Sequence record: MW882907
From: Escherichia phage vB_EcoM_SQ17
Direction: 5' to 3' (one strand)
DNA: 64,000 nucleotides
A program made the position numbers and the translations under genes. Shown here in pieces: positions 63,694 to 64,000 of this stretch (within the stretch, counting starts at the first letter, position 1; the number at the start of each line of letters is the position of its first letter). The notes beneath the pieces were generated by a model that was given only the letters and a program-made list of their open reading frames with translations, was not told where the DNA came from and ran no database searches.

Positions 63694-63895
63694 TTATAAT
63701 TTCAATATCAGCCCAATGGCCGTATCCAGGTATACGGTCTTCGATAGATAAATTTCCGCCATTTTTAGGTATTTTAATTGACGTAACGTATGGTTCTAAA
63801 CGGTTTTCTGAATAATATGGAAAAACGTCTGTTACACGATAAGTAACTTCGATCATTTCCGTACCAAACAATTTCCGGATTAATTTATTCAACAT
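63677..63895 (-). CDS. hypothetical small protein
   Basis: 72-aa ORF overlapping 30.3 start. Confidence 0.4.
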   Translation of the reverse strand: MLNKLIRKLFGTEMIEVTYRVTDVFPYYSENRLEPYVTSIKIPKNGGNLSIEDRIPGYGHWADIEIISVKDV

Positions 63896-63898
63896 GTT

Positions 63899-64000
63899 TC
63901 AACCCTTTAATAGGAGATAACTCTTTACCCATACGTATGTCAGAAGTCCCATCAACCCATTGAACAGCATACGCTTCATTGATAATTCCAGCAGTGGTTT
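63899..64000 (-). CDS. 3' end of a further minus-strand early gene (partial, runs off window)
   Basis: open frame continues to window edge; frame not verified. Confidence 0.2.
   Translation of the reverse strand, partial: KPLLELSMKRMLFNGLMGLLTYVWVKSYLLLKG

Overview
This window is a contiguous stretch of a T4-like (T-even, Tequatrovirus-type) myophage genome. All identifications rest on reading the translated ORFs against remembered T4 protein sequences and gene order; no database search was run. The core is the T4 morphogenesis block in canonical order: 57B-57A-1-3-2-4 on the minus strand, then 53-5-5.1-5.4-6-7-8-9-10-11-12-wac-13-14-15-16-17-18-19-20-67-68-21-22-23-24 on the plus strand, followed by rnlB-hoc-inh, uvsW, uvsY, 25-26, 51-27-28-29-48-54, alt, 30 (DNA ligase) and 30.1-30.3. 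Lysozyme e is about 80% identical to T4 lysozyme, so this is a relative of T4, not T4 itself. Late promoters (TATAAATA), T4-type early promoters (GTTTAC -35 plus -10) and MotA-box middle promoters sit where expected, and GC-rich hairpin terminators follow genes 8, wac, 18, 19, 23, 24, uvsW and 54. The left 10 kb is an early-gene accessory region and holds most of the unusual content: six genes carrying the internal-protein capsid-targeting leader (T4 has three), an early-promoter-driven island of about eleven unassigned ORFs where T4 carries its tRNA cluster and segB, a GrcA-like glycyl-radical cofactor, and denV, e, nudE and 57B (acb1). Other departures from T4 are a GIY-YIG homing endonuclease between genes 13 and 14, a small early ORF at the segD locus, and no segE. 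No tRNA, rRNA or CRISPR array was found. I did not find a single clear-cut novel multi-gene system; the best candidates are the expanded injected-protein repertoire and the unassigned early island. Coordinates of CDS follow the supplied ORF track, with starts moved to internal Met where homology or promoter position requires it; promoter and hairpin coordinates are approximate (about 2-3 nt).
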